From: an uncultured Gemmatimonadales bacterium
GTDB lineage: Bacteria > Gemmatimonadota > Gemmatimonadetes > Longimicrobiales > Gaopeijiaceae
DNA length: 64,000 nt
Assembly (NCBI GenBank): GCA_963809895.1
Contig: CAWELD010000003.1
Coordinates: 2,624,001-2,688,000 of the forward strand
Direction: 5' to 3'
Below the pieces are notes generated by a model. The model was given only the letters and a program-made list of their open reading frames with translations. It had not been told where the DNA came from and did not search any database. This document shows positions 18,474 through 26,874 of this stretch, one piece after another (position 1 is the stretch's first letter; every line of letters begins with the position of its first letter). The translations under genes were made by a program, and so were the position numbers.

Positions 18474-19244
18474 GTGGCCGTCCTTCCCGTGCTCATCTTG
18501 GGTCAGGAACCCCGCTGGATCCAAGAGCAGGTAGGCGCAGTCCTGCGGAGCCTGCCAGAGCACCTCGACTGGGTTCGGGTCGAGCGGTTTCCGGAGGATG
18601 CCCGGGCATGCCTGATCGCCACCGATGATCTTACCTGGCCACCGCTGAGGCGTCTCGTGGCCCGGTTCGCGGCTCCGGGGCGAATGATTCTGATGTTGAG
18701 CTGGGCCCGGCCCATCCAACTGCGGCATGTGAGGCAATGGCCGCTCTACGACGTTTTCACCCTCCCCCAAGAGGCGGACCGGCTCCGCTCATTCTTGCAG
18801 GTCATGCGGAGGACGTCTCAACTCCAGTTTTGGAAGCTCAATCCAGGTCTTCCGGGAAGCGTCGCTGTCGCGCTGAGGCACCTCTTGCGCGTTGCAGACT
18901 CGCTGCTGGAACAGCCGCCACCCCGCTCCTGCTCAGGCTTGGCGGATATCCTGGGGATGGATCGGTCAAACCTCGCTCGGCAATCATGCAGGCTAGGGTT
19001 GGACCTCGGATTGATCGCCCGGATCAGCACGATACGCTGGATCCATTTGAACATCGAGGCCTTTGGGTATGATAGCAGCACACTTGCGACACGATTGGGA
19101 TACCGCTCCGCCCGCAGCCTCAGGCGTTTCGTTCGTACGAGCCTGGGCGCCCCCATCCAGGAACTCGCCACCACTCCGATTGAGGACATAGACCGGCGAC
19201 TCCTCGACCTGTTGAATCCAGTGCTTTGGATCGATTCAGCCTAG
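18474..19244 (+). CDS. AraC-like HTH transcriptional regulator (divergent)
   Basis: LADILGMDRSNLAR and LATRLGYRSARSLRRFVRTSLG resemble the two AraC HTH motifs. Confidence 0.6.
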   Translation: MAVLPVLILGQEPRWIQEQVGAVLRSLPEHLDWVRVERFPEDARACLIATDDLTWPPLRRLVARFAAPGRMILMLSWARPIQLRHVRQWPLYDVFTLPQEADRLRSFLQVMRRTSQLQFWKLNPGLPGSVAVALRHLLRVADSLLEQPPPRSCSGLADILGMDRSNLARQSCRLGLDLGLIARISTIRWIHLNIEAFGYDSSTLATRLGYRSARSLRRFVRTSLGAPIQELATTPIEDIDRRLLDLLNPVLWIDSA

Positions 19245-19402
19245 CTTCCGGCGACAGAGACCGTGCGCACACCAAGGAGACACGGTTCGGACCGCAAGCC
19301 ACGAATCGGTCCGTGCGGCCTCCGACATCCTGACCGATACTGCTCATACGCATCCGTAGGGGACGCCTGAAGCATCCGGGCGAGAATAGGGAGGGTGGGG
19401 AC

Positions 19403-20515
19403 GTGACGATCCGGTCCATGGCAATGCTCACCCTCGGTCTGAGTCTAGGTCTGGAGAGCATCCCAACAGGCCATCCTCCCGCATTCACGGGCGACGATCC
19501 GAGACGCTGCCCACCCTGCTCGATCTCGGTCAAGCGCGTCCTCTCAGTCGGCGAAGACGCGGATGGGTATCTCGACGATCTTGCCCTGGGCGTTTCCGTG
19601 ATTGGGCCCTACGTCTTCGTAACGCCGAATGGAGCGCGACGGATACTCGTATTCGATACGGCAGGGTCGTATCTGCGGGATCTGGCTCCGTCGGGGCAAG
19701 GGCCCCGGGAACTGCTGCGTCCTCTGCAGGTCTTTCCCATTGCTCCTGACTCCCTTGGAGTCCTGGATGTCGGCAACCTCCGCGTCGCCGTGTTGGACTC
19801 CAGCCTTTCGATCGCACGCACCGTGCGACTCCCCGGGCCCACTGGACAGGTGGTCCCCCTCACCTCGGGGCTCGTTGTCGCGACGGGCTTATACGACCAG
19901 GACGCCGCGGGGATCATACAGCCGCTTCATGTCCTCAATCTGTCTGGCAGTCATGCATCGGTGATTCGGTCCTTCGGAGGTTCGTCGGACCGATCGCTTG
20001 AACGAGATCGGCTTCTGTTGGCGCTGGACCCCACGAGCATGTGGGTCTGGGCAGCACGGGGGAATCAATATCTGTTCGAACACTGGGACACGAATGGATC
20101 GCTCGATGCGTCCTTCGCGCCGGATCGAGACTGGCTCGGCAACATCGCGGGACGTGGCCAAGGCACGCCGGACTACCCGCCATCGTCCTTTGTCGTCGCC
20201 GTCTCCACGGACGAAGAGGCGCGCCTGTGGGTGTTCACGCTCATCCCCGACATGAACTGGAAGGAGGCGTGGTCAGGCGTCCACCTGACACCGGGGGTCG
20301 AGTTGGATCGACGCACCCGACCGCCACGCCAGAAGCTGTTCGACACGATGGTGGAGGTCTTTCTGCCCAACGGCGAGTCGATTGCCCAACGACGACTCGA
20401 CGAGGTGGTGGTTTCGGCATCTGCCTCGCATCTCGCCACGACTCGCTTGGACCCTTCCGGCGTGCCCATCGCGGAGTTGTGGCGCTTCATCCTCACCCCA
20501 AGCGAAGGAGGATAG
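19403..20515 (+). CDS. 6-bladed beta-propeller protein (secreted)
   Basis: ILVFDTAGSYLR..SGQGPREL, DSLGVLD, TDEEARLWV, FDTMVEV, PIAELWRF C-terminal strand. Confidence 0.75.
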   Translation: MTIRSMAMLTLGLSLGLESIPTGHPPAFTGDDPRRCPPCSISVKRVLSVGEDADGYLDDLALGVSVIGPYVFVTPNGARRILVFDTAGSYLRDLAPSGQGPRELLRPLQVFPIAPDSLGVLDVGNLRVAVLDSSLSIARTVRLPGPTGQVVPLTSGLVVATGLYDQDAAGIIQPLHVLNLSGSHASVIRSFGGSSDRSLERDRLLLALDPTSMWVWAARGNQYLFEHWDTNGSLDASFAPDRDWLGNIAGRGQGTPDYPPSSFVVAVSTDEEARLWVFTLIPDMNWKEAWSGVHLTPGVELDRRTRPPRQKLFDTMVEVFLPNGESIAQRRLDEVVVSASASHLATTRLDPSGVPIAELWRFILTPSEGG

Positions 20516-20517
20516 AC

Positions 20518-20994
20518 GTGGGAAGCTCACTGAAGTTCATGCTGCTGTTCGGAGCGCTCGGAGCCGTCTTCGCGGTGCTGCCCAAGCATGTGGTAGGGCA
20601 GCAAGGAGGAAGCTCGCAGTGTGGGTACTGCGACTACCCGCCGTCCTCGGTATGCATCGAAGGTGAACACGAGGTGGATGAGGATGGGAACGGACTCCTC
20701 AGGGAAGGCTACCACGCCGACTGTCGAGTGACGGTGTGGTCGTGCGAAGAGTGGCACTCGGAATGTAACCCGGCCGAGGATGTCCAGGCTCTGAAGGAGA
20801 TGGTCGCTTCTGTGAAGGTCGGGGACTGGTTCGCGGTCCGCACCGCAGGAGAGACCGCACGCGCCCACCTCCAGTTCAAGCGAGAATCCGGACAGGTGCT
20901 TGTCACGGACTGCCATGGCGCCGTGATCGCCCAAGCCTATCTGGGGGCCGAACTGGTTCAGAGGGTTGAAAGTCTCCTCGCGGATCCGACGTAG
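20518..20994 (+). CDS. Small secreted Cys-rich protein (7 Cys)
   Basis: AAGGAGGA RBS inside the end of the propeller gene, GTG 20518; signal peptide then QCGYC..C..C..C..C and TDCHGAVIAQAY. Confidence 0.75.
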   Translation: MGSSLKFMLLFGALGAVFAVLPKHVVGQQGGSSQCGYCDYPPSSVCIEGEHEVDEDGNGLLREGYHADCRVTVWSCEEWHSECNPAEDVQALKEMVASVKVGDWFAVRTAGETARAHLQFKRESGQVLVTDCHGAVIAQAYLGAELVQRVESLLADPT

Positions 20995-21141
20995 TTCTGA
21001 GGGAGGAGGGAGGGTGGCTCCCGATGCCGCGTGGAGGTCCGGGCATCGGGAGCCCCTCTACCAGTTGGATGCCGCCTCGTGCCACTCCGCCCCACTGACA
21101 ATGTCGCAGCCACAGCCGTGCTACTTCAGATCGGTCCAGCG

Positions 21142-22250
21142 ATGACCTTCCGCTGGGTCTGGCGCCGACTCTCCGACTTCGGTCGGAGAGCAATGGTCGC
21201 GAGCCTCATGGGCCTCGCCCTGGTCAGGCCGAGCCTCGCCCAGACCGTCCCCGTCCGCGGCATCGTCTTCGACTCCGCCAGGCGCTCGGCGCTGTCCAAC
21301 GTCCCCGTGGCCCTCGTCACCGCCGCGGGATCGGACACGGTGGCGCTGGTCGCGTCCGACCACGTGGGGATCTTCCACTTCGAGGCGGCGCCGGGACGCT
21401 ACCGGATCGTCGCGAGCAAACCGGGCTACCGAGCCTCCGACGGGATCCGCCTCACCCTCCCGGCTGCCAACGCCGGCGGGCTGCTGCTTCCGCTGGAGCC
21501 GCTGGACGCACTCGCCATCGAGACCCGGCGCGAGGGCGACGCCGGCCCGGGGGGCGGGCCCGCCCGCGTGCTGGCCCACATCGTCGACGCCGAGACCGGC
21601 CGCGGAGTGGAGGGCGCCGAGGTGGCCATCGCCGCTCCCGCCGACACGGCGCGTGGGATCTCCGACGTCAACGGCTACGTGGCGCTGGACGAGGTGCCGC
21701 CGCTGGCCGAATCGCTCACCGTCCGGCACCTGGCGTACGGCGACGAGAGCACTCCGCTGCTGCTGGCGGCCGGAAGCAGCTACCGCATGGAGCTCACGCT
21801 ACGACCGCGGGCGCTGGAACTCGAGGGCATCACCGCCACCAGCCGGGCCGAGTTCAACCGCCTGAAGGGGCTCCGCGTGCGCATGGCCCGCGGCCTTGGT
21901 GGACACTTCATGCTGGCCGAGGAGCTGGAGGCAAGGAGCTACCCGCCCCTGAATACCGCGCTCTACTCCCTGCCCTCGGTCAACGTGCGGAAATTCAGCA
22001 CCAGTGATCAGTTCAACGAGCGCGTCTTCATCCGGGGGTGCAAGGCCTCGATCTTCATCGATGGCGTGGAGGTCTTCAATCCGTGGGATGACGTCTCGGG
22101 TAGCCCGCCGCAGCTCGCGGAATTTCTGCACATTCCCACCATCGGCATCGAAGCGATCGAGGTCTACTCCGGCGCCGCCTCGCTCCCTCCGGAGTTCAAT
22201 ACCACGGGCACCCGATGTGCGCCCTGGTGATCTGGACGAAGCGGGGCTAG
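21142..22250 (+). CDS. Carboxypeptidase-regulatory-like + plug-like protein (copy B; apparent frameshift at ~22216)
   Basis: Near-identical to 17127-18234; the alternative frame gives ALVIWTKRG*. Confidence 0.72.
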
Positions 22251-22345
22251 GGACGGACGGCCGCTTGCCCGCCCGAACGCCTCCTACCTTCGCTTTGCAC
22301 CGTGAGCGCGTTCGAACTCCTGCCCCTCCCCTGAGTGGATGGCCC

Positions 22346-23370
22346 ATGATGCGATGGTCCAGACGGGTCTCGAAGCGAGTCGCCTCGACTCTCGGGCTCG
22401 TGGCAGTCACTCTCGCCACGACGCTTGCGACGGCGGCGTCGCCCCCGCTGTGGTTGGACGTGAAGGCGCCCTTTCCCACGCTCTGGCGGCCGACGGCGAC
22501 ACCCAGATGGGCACCGTCCTCACGGCGGCATCCACCTCTTCCGGCGAGGCCAGCGCCCTCCTCGCGGCTTTTCAGGGAGAGTCCACCAAGCTCCTCCTTG
22601 CGTTGATCGGAGAGGTGGGGACGCTCGAGCAGGCCGGCGCGTTGACGAGTGGACAGGCGGGAGCCCTTGGGAATCATCTGCAAAATGCGGATCGGTTCAT
22701 CCAGGACCTCCGCCTCGACCTGGGGCTCATGCAGGTGCGCTCGTTCCGGATTCAGGTCGGGGGACTCGTCCACGACGCACTGCTCACCTCTACCGAGGCG
22801 CAACCCCTGCTGGAGGGGGCGGCGCAACTGATCGCGGATTTCCGGAGTCGCTTCGCCTGTCCCGATCCCGAGGCCATCGAGCAGCAGCTTCAAGAGTCCC
22901 TGGAGGACCGGGAGATCCACCCCACGCTGCGCGTGGATGTGGGGATCGAGGAGGAGAGCCCGGTCGTCGATGAGCCCGTGACGCTCGTCGTGCGCGTGGA
23001 GGAGTTGGGCGGGCCGGTCCGGGGCGCGGAGGTGCAGGCCCGGGTGCGCCTGTACGGGGGCTACTGCACGGCATACCGCCTTCTCGATGACGGTTCGGGC
23101 GCTGATGGGAGCGCGAACGACGGGACCTATACCGCGGTGCTCTCCGGTTTCAGGGCTCCCGGCACCTATCGCCTCCTGGTCACCGCCACCGGTGTCGGGG
23201 CCGGCAACAGCGAGTTCAACCGAGCCCGCCTGCTCTCGCTGTTGGTGAGCGGAGCGGATCCCGACGAATCGTCCACTACCATCGGTGATCCGACGTCTCC
23301 CGTGCTGCTCGACAACCCGGTCCCGCCCCGGCTGTTCTACAATCCGATCCCGCTGGGTCCTGGCGGCTGA
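22346..23370 (+). CDS. Secreted hypothetical protein with FIMAH-like helical domain and choice-of-anchor X-like domain (probable N-terminal frameshift)
   Basis: Signal-like MMRWSRRVSKRVASTLGLVAVTLATTLATAAS is in a different frame from the body; LLDDGSGADGSANDGTYTA motif. Confidence 0.5.
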
Positions 23371-23380
23371 TCGGCCCCCG

Positions 23381-23938
23381 TCAGCGTCTCGCCGCCTGCG
23401 CGACCTCCCGGTCGCTGAGCGCCCGCACCTCGACCCGGGCGGTCCCGGGACCCACCACCCCGAGCTGGCGGGCGGCGGCGTAGGAGAGGTCGATGATGCG
23501 CTCGTCGGTGCGCGCGAAGGGACCCCGGTCGTTGATCCGCACCGTGAGTTGGCGGCCGTTGTCCAGGTTGGTGACCTCCACCCAGGTGTTCAGGGGGAGG
23601 GTGCGGTGGGCGGCGCTGGGACGGTCGGGGTCGAAGATCTCACCGCTGGAGGTGGGGCGGCCCGCGAACTCCTCGCCGTACCAGGACGCGATGCCCCGCT
23701 CACGGTAGCCGTCGGCCTGATCCATGACCTGGTACCGGACCCCGAAGACCTCGTAGGTGCGGCCGGCGTCGGAGGGACCTCCCACCGGAGCTGCGGGGAT
23801 TCCCGCCGGCGAAGGCGCCGTGTCACCGTGACCCGAGGGGTATCCCACCAGGGTGCACCCGGATACGGAGAGCAGCAGCAGGCCGGCAGCCGCCACGCCC
23901 GCTCCCCCTCGTCGTCCGGACCCTCGATGCGTTCCCAT
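23381..23938 (-). CDS. rlpA: Septal ring lytic transglycosylase RlpA family lipoprotein
   Basis: Lipobox VSGC; GIASWYG, SAAHRTLPL, VRINDRGPF, RIIDLSYAAA. Confidence 0.93.
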   Translation of the reverse strand: MGTHRGSGRRGGAGVAAAGLLLLSVSGCTLVGYPSGHGDTAPSPAGIPAAPVGGPSDAGRTYEVFGVRYQVMDQADGYRERGIASWYGEEFAGRPTSSGEIFDPDRPSAAHRTLPLNTWVEVTNLDNGRQLTVRINDRGPFARTDERIIDLSYAAARQLGVVGPGTARVEVRALSDREVAQAARR

Positions 23939-23994
23939 ACTCTCGAAAATGGGAGACGAGCGTTGGCAGGCCAAGCTTTTCCTCGCTCCCCCTG

Positions 23995-24038
23995 AAAACA
24001 CTTGCGGGGAAGGCTGGTCTCCCAGCCTCCCCCGCGAG
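23995..24038 (-). terminator. Rho-independent terminator-like hairpin
   Basis: Minus strand CTCGCGGGGGAGGCTGG-GAGA-CCAGCCTTCCCCGCAAG followed by TGTTTT. Confidence 0.7.
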
Positions 24039-24039
24039 A

Positions 24040-24433
24040 GGAGGAGCGGCCCGGTTCAGTTGGCCTGGGACCCTCCCTTCACCAGACTGGCGTCCCCGGG
24101 ACCGCTCCAGAGCCCTTTGTGTCGGAGCCTTTTCCGCGAGGCCCCTTCGGCGTCGGGCGGGGACTCCGTCCGCTCTGACGCTGCACCATGATACCGGTTG
24201 GCCAGTCCGGATGCTGTCGGGCGCAGCCCCCTTGGTCGTGGGGGGAAGGGGTAAGGCGCCTGTCGGGAAATCCCCCACGCGACGCCTCCCTGAAAACGGC
24301 GACGGCCCGGCGAGCCTGAGCTCACCGGGCCGCAAAGGAGGTCGGGGCCTCCTGCTGGCACCTCACCGCCAAACGCTATCGCCGCGCTTCCGCACGCTCC
24401 CCTGAGGAGAACCCCGACCGGACCTGCGCCTCC
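24040..24433 (-). ncRNA. Large structured ncRNA, raiA-motif-like
   Basis: 5' and 3' ends pair (GGTCCGGTCGGGGTT with AGGCC-AA-CTGAACCGGGCC); blocks GGTGCCAG, CATGGTGCAGC and hairpin+AGGCCAAC appear in the same order as in raiA-motif RNAs (recalled from memory); many internal hairpins; no credible ORF. Confidence 0.65.
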
Positions 24434-24659
24434 CTGGGCGTCCGCACCAGCCGCTCGGAAACGGCCGGGCGCCGGCGCGCGCACTGGGAGTATGTGAAAT
24501 CCACGTTCCGCCGGCTGAATCGCCCGCTGGTGTATCGCAAGAGTGCCATCGTCGTCCTTCCGTTCCGCCCCTCCTCGCACCGGCAGGCCTGGGCTCGATC
24601 CCGCCGGCAGCGGACCCCGTCCGCTTCTCACCACCCTACGGATGGGACGTCGGAAGGAT

Positions 24660-25904
24660 TCACAAGGTTGCCTGCACGCCCTCGCTCTCCAGGATGCCGA
24701 CGATCTCCACCAGGTGCTCCTGGCCCCGGGTCTCCAGAGTGAAGACGATCTCCACGTCGCCCACCGAGATGTCGGCGAAGCCCCGGCGATGGGTGGTCTC
24801 CAGCACGTTGGCGCCGAGCCCGGCCACGATCTTCGTGACGCGCGCCAGCGACCCGGGTCGGTCCGGGACCTTCACCCTGAGGCGAACCAGGCGGCCGTCG
24901 GCCAGGAGCCCGCGGTCGATGATGCGCGAGACGATGTTGACGTCGATGTTGCCGCCGGAGAGCACCAGCACCGCGGTCTCCGTGGGCTTCACGGGCACCC
25001 GTCCGGTGGTCATGGCGGCCAGCGCCACGGCGGCGGCCCCCTCCACCACCGTCTTCTGACGCTCGAGCAGCACCAGGATGGCGCTGGCGATCTCCTCTTC
25101 GGTGACCACCACCAGGTCGTCCACCAGCGCTTCGATCATGGGAAAGGTCAGCTCGCCCACGCGCTTGGTGGCGATGCCGTCGGCCAGGGTGTGGGAGCTC
25201 TGGATCTTCACGATCTCGCCGGCGTCGCGCGACGCCCGCGCCGAGGGCGCGGCCTGGGCCTCCACCCCCACCACACGGAGCTCCGGCCGGTGCGCCTTCA
25301 TGGCCAGGGCGATCCCCGAGATCATCCCCCCACCTCCCACCGGGACCACCACCACCGCCGCGTCGGGCACCTGCTCCAGGATCTCCAGGCCGATGGTACC
25401 CTGCCCCGCGATCACGTGGGGATCGTCGAAGGCCGACACCATGATCAGGCCCTCGTCGGCCTCCAGCCGCCACGCCTCTTCGGCGGCGTCGTCCAGGACC
25501 GTGCCCTTCTGAAGCACCCGGGCGCCGAATCCCCGGGTGTTGGTGACCTTGATGATCGGTGCGGTCTCGGGCATGACCACCGTGCAGGGAATCCCCAGGC
25601 GGTTGGCGTGATAGGCCAGCGCCTGGGCGTGATTACCCGCGCTGGCGGTGACCACGCCGCGCCGGCGCTCGTCGTCGTCCAGGTGCAGGAGCCGGTTCAG
25701 CGATCCCCGGTCCTTGAACGAGCCGGTGCGCTGCAGGTTCTCCAGCTTGAAGTGGAGCCGGCAGTCCACCAGGTCCCGGAACCCCAGGGCCCGGGGCGAG
25801 GGGGTGTGAACGATGTCGTCCGCGATGCGTTCGCGGGCCGCGTCCACGTCGGCCGGCTGCACCGGGAGGGAGGCCACGGCGTCCGGTGCGCGGGAGGGCG
25901 CCAC
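24660..25904 (-). CDS. ilvA: Threonine ammonia-lyase with C-terminal ACT domain
   Basis: KLENLQRTGSFKDRG, SAGNHAQA, PVGGGGMISG, SGGNID, PDRPGSL; start GTG 25904 or 25877. Confidence 0.92.
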   Translation of the reverse strand: MAPSRAPDAVASLPVQPADVDAARERIADDIVHTPSPRALGFRDLVDCRLHFKLENLQRTGSFKDRGSLNRLLHLDDDERRRGVVTASAGNHAQALAYHANRLGIPCTVVMPETAPIIKVTNTRGFGARVLQKGTVLDDAAEEAWRLEADEGLIMVSAFDDPHVIAGQGTIGLEILEQVPDAAVVVVPVGGGGMISGIALAMKAHRPELRVVGVEAQAAPSARASRDAGEIVKIQSSHTLADGIATKRVGELTFPMIEALVDDLVVVTEEEIASAILVLLERQKTVVEGAAAVALAAMTTGRVPVKPTETAVLVLSGGNIDVNIVSRIIDRGLLADGRLVRLRVKVPDRPGSLARVTKIVAGLGANVLETTHRRGFADISVGDVEIVFTLETRGQEHLVEIVGILESEGVQATL

Positions 25905-25908
25905 GGGG

Positions 25909-26451
25909 TCAGCTCCCGCCGGGGCCGCGGGAGCGGTGCATGTAGTGGATGCGCCAGCTCCCGGCGGCGTCCGGTTGCAGCACCAGCGTCTCCACGCCCC
26001 ACCAAGGCACGGACTCGCCGGTGATGGCGGCCCGGTAGCGGAGCATGACCAGACGCACGTCGTCCATCCGGTCCACACGGGTGCCGATGCGCTCCCAGCG
26101 GAGTCCGTTGGGCGCCACGTCCCCCGCCTCCATGGACGAGGGCAGCGGGCCCGTGCCCTGCGCCGACCACAGGACGCCCTCTTCCTGATCCACCAGCAGG
26201 GCGTCGGGCCCGATCAACGAGGCCACGCGCGACGCGTCGCCGGCAGCCAGAGCCTGGTGAAAGGCGTCCACCACCACCATCAGCGAATCCTCGGCCAGCG
26301 CCTCGGCCGAAGGTGCTTCGTCGCCGCCCTCGGCCCCCATACCGGGAAGGTCACCCGAGTCGGCTTCGGCCCGGCGCTCGAAGGTGCATCCGCCCACGAG
26401 CGCGGCCGCCGCGACGACCAGCAGCGGCAGACGGACACGCCGGATGCTCAC
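25909..26451 (-). CDS. NTF2-like (DUF4440-type) lipoprotein
   Basis: Lipobox VGGC; FHQALAAGD..ETLVL..WRIHYMHRS. Confidence 0.7.
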   Translation of the reverse strand: MSIRRVRLPLLVVAAAALVGGCTFERRAEADSGDLPGMGAEGGDEAPSAEALAEDSLMVVVDAFHQALAAGDASRVASLIGPDALLVDQEEGVLWSAQGTGPLPSSMEAGDVAPNGLRWERIGTRVDRMDDVRLVMLRYRAAITGESVPWWGVETLVLQPDAAGSWRIHYMHRSRGPGGS

Positions 26452-26858
26452 GGGCGACGGCGGTAGCGGCCCAGCTTCAACGGGGGATCCATGCGGATCT
26501 GGAAATGGAGGCGGTTCTCACCCTCCACCACCACGTTGCGCTGGACCTGGCGCGTCTTCGGGTAGTCCTTGCCCGACTCGCTTTCCACCAGGAGCACCTC
26601 GTCCGATCCCAGCGAATCCTCCAGCTCGCGCACGCGGCTCTCAAGGCGGTCGAGGAGCGCCTGCTCGGCCTCGTCGTGGACGAAGCCCTCGGCCTCGGTG
26701 GCGAGCTCGTAGCCGTCCACCCGCTCCCAGCCGTCCTCGAAGGCCACCCACTCCAGCGACCAGTCGTGGTCCCGGCGGAAGCCGATCTCGTTGAGGGCCT
26801 TGGAGTCGAAGTTCATGGCCACACTCTGCACGGTGTTCCCGTAACGTCGGATGATCAT
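26448..26858 (-). CDS. Hypothetical protein
   Basis: ATG 26858 (MIIRRYGNTVQSV), coding-like composition, operon coupling. Confidence 0.75.
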   Translation of the reverse strand: MIIRRYGNTVQSVAMNFDSKALNEIGFRRDHDWSLEWVAFEDGWERVDGYELATEAEGFVHDEAEQALLDRLESRVRELEDSLGSDEVLLVESESGKDYPKTRQVQRNVVVEGENRLHFQIRMDPPLKLGRYRRRP

Positions 26859-26874
26859 GCGCGGTCTCGGAAGA

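Noticed and set aside
24040..24433. RNase P RNA, tmRNA, 6S RNA or c-di-AMP riboswitch
   Set aside because: It lacks GAGGAAAGUCC/ACAGAA.CCGGC, tRNA-like tmRNA ends, the simple rod shape of 6S and the ydaO consensus blocks.
24534..24548. Sigma54 promoter for the ncRNA (minus strand TGGCACTCTTGC)
   Set aside because: The GG-to-GC spacing is three bases too short.
24056..24634. 192-aa minus-strand ORF and other ORFs over the ilvA-rlpA spacer
   Set aside because: Low-complexity Gly/Pro/Arg/Ala translation with no motifs; better explained by structured RNA.
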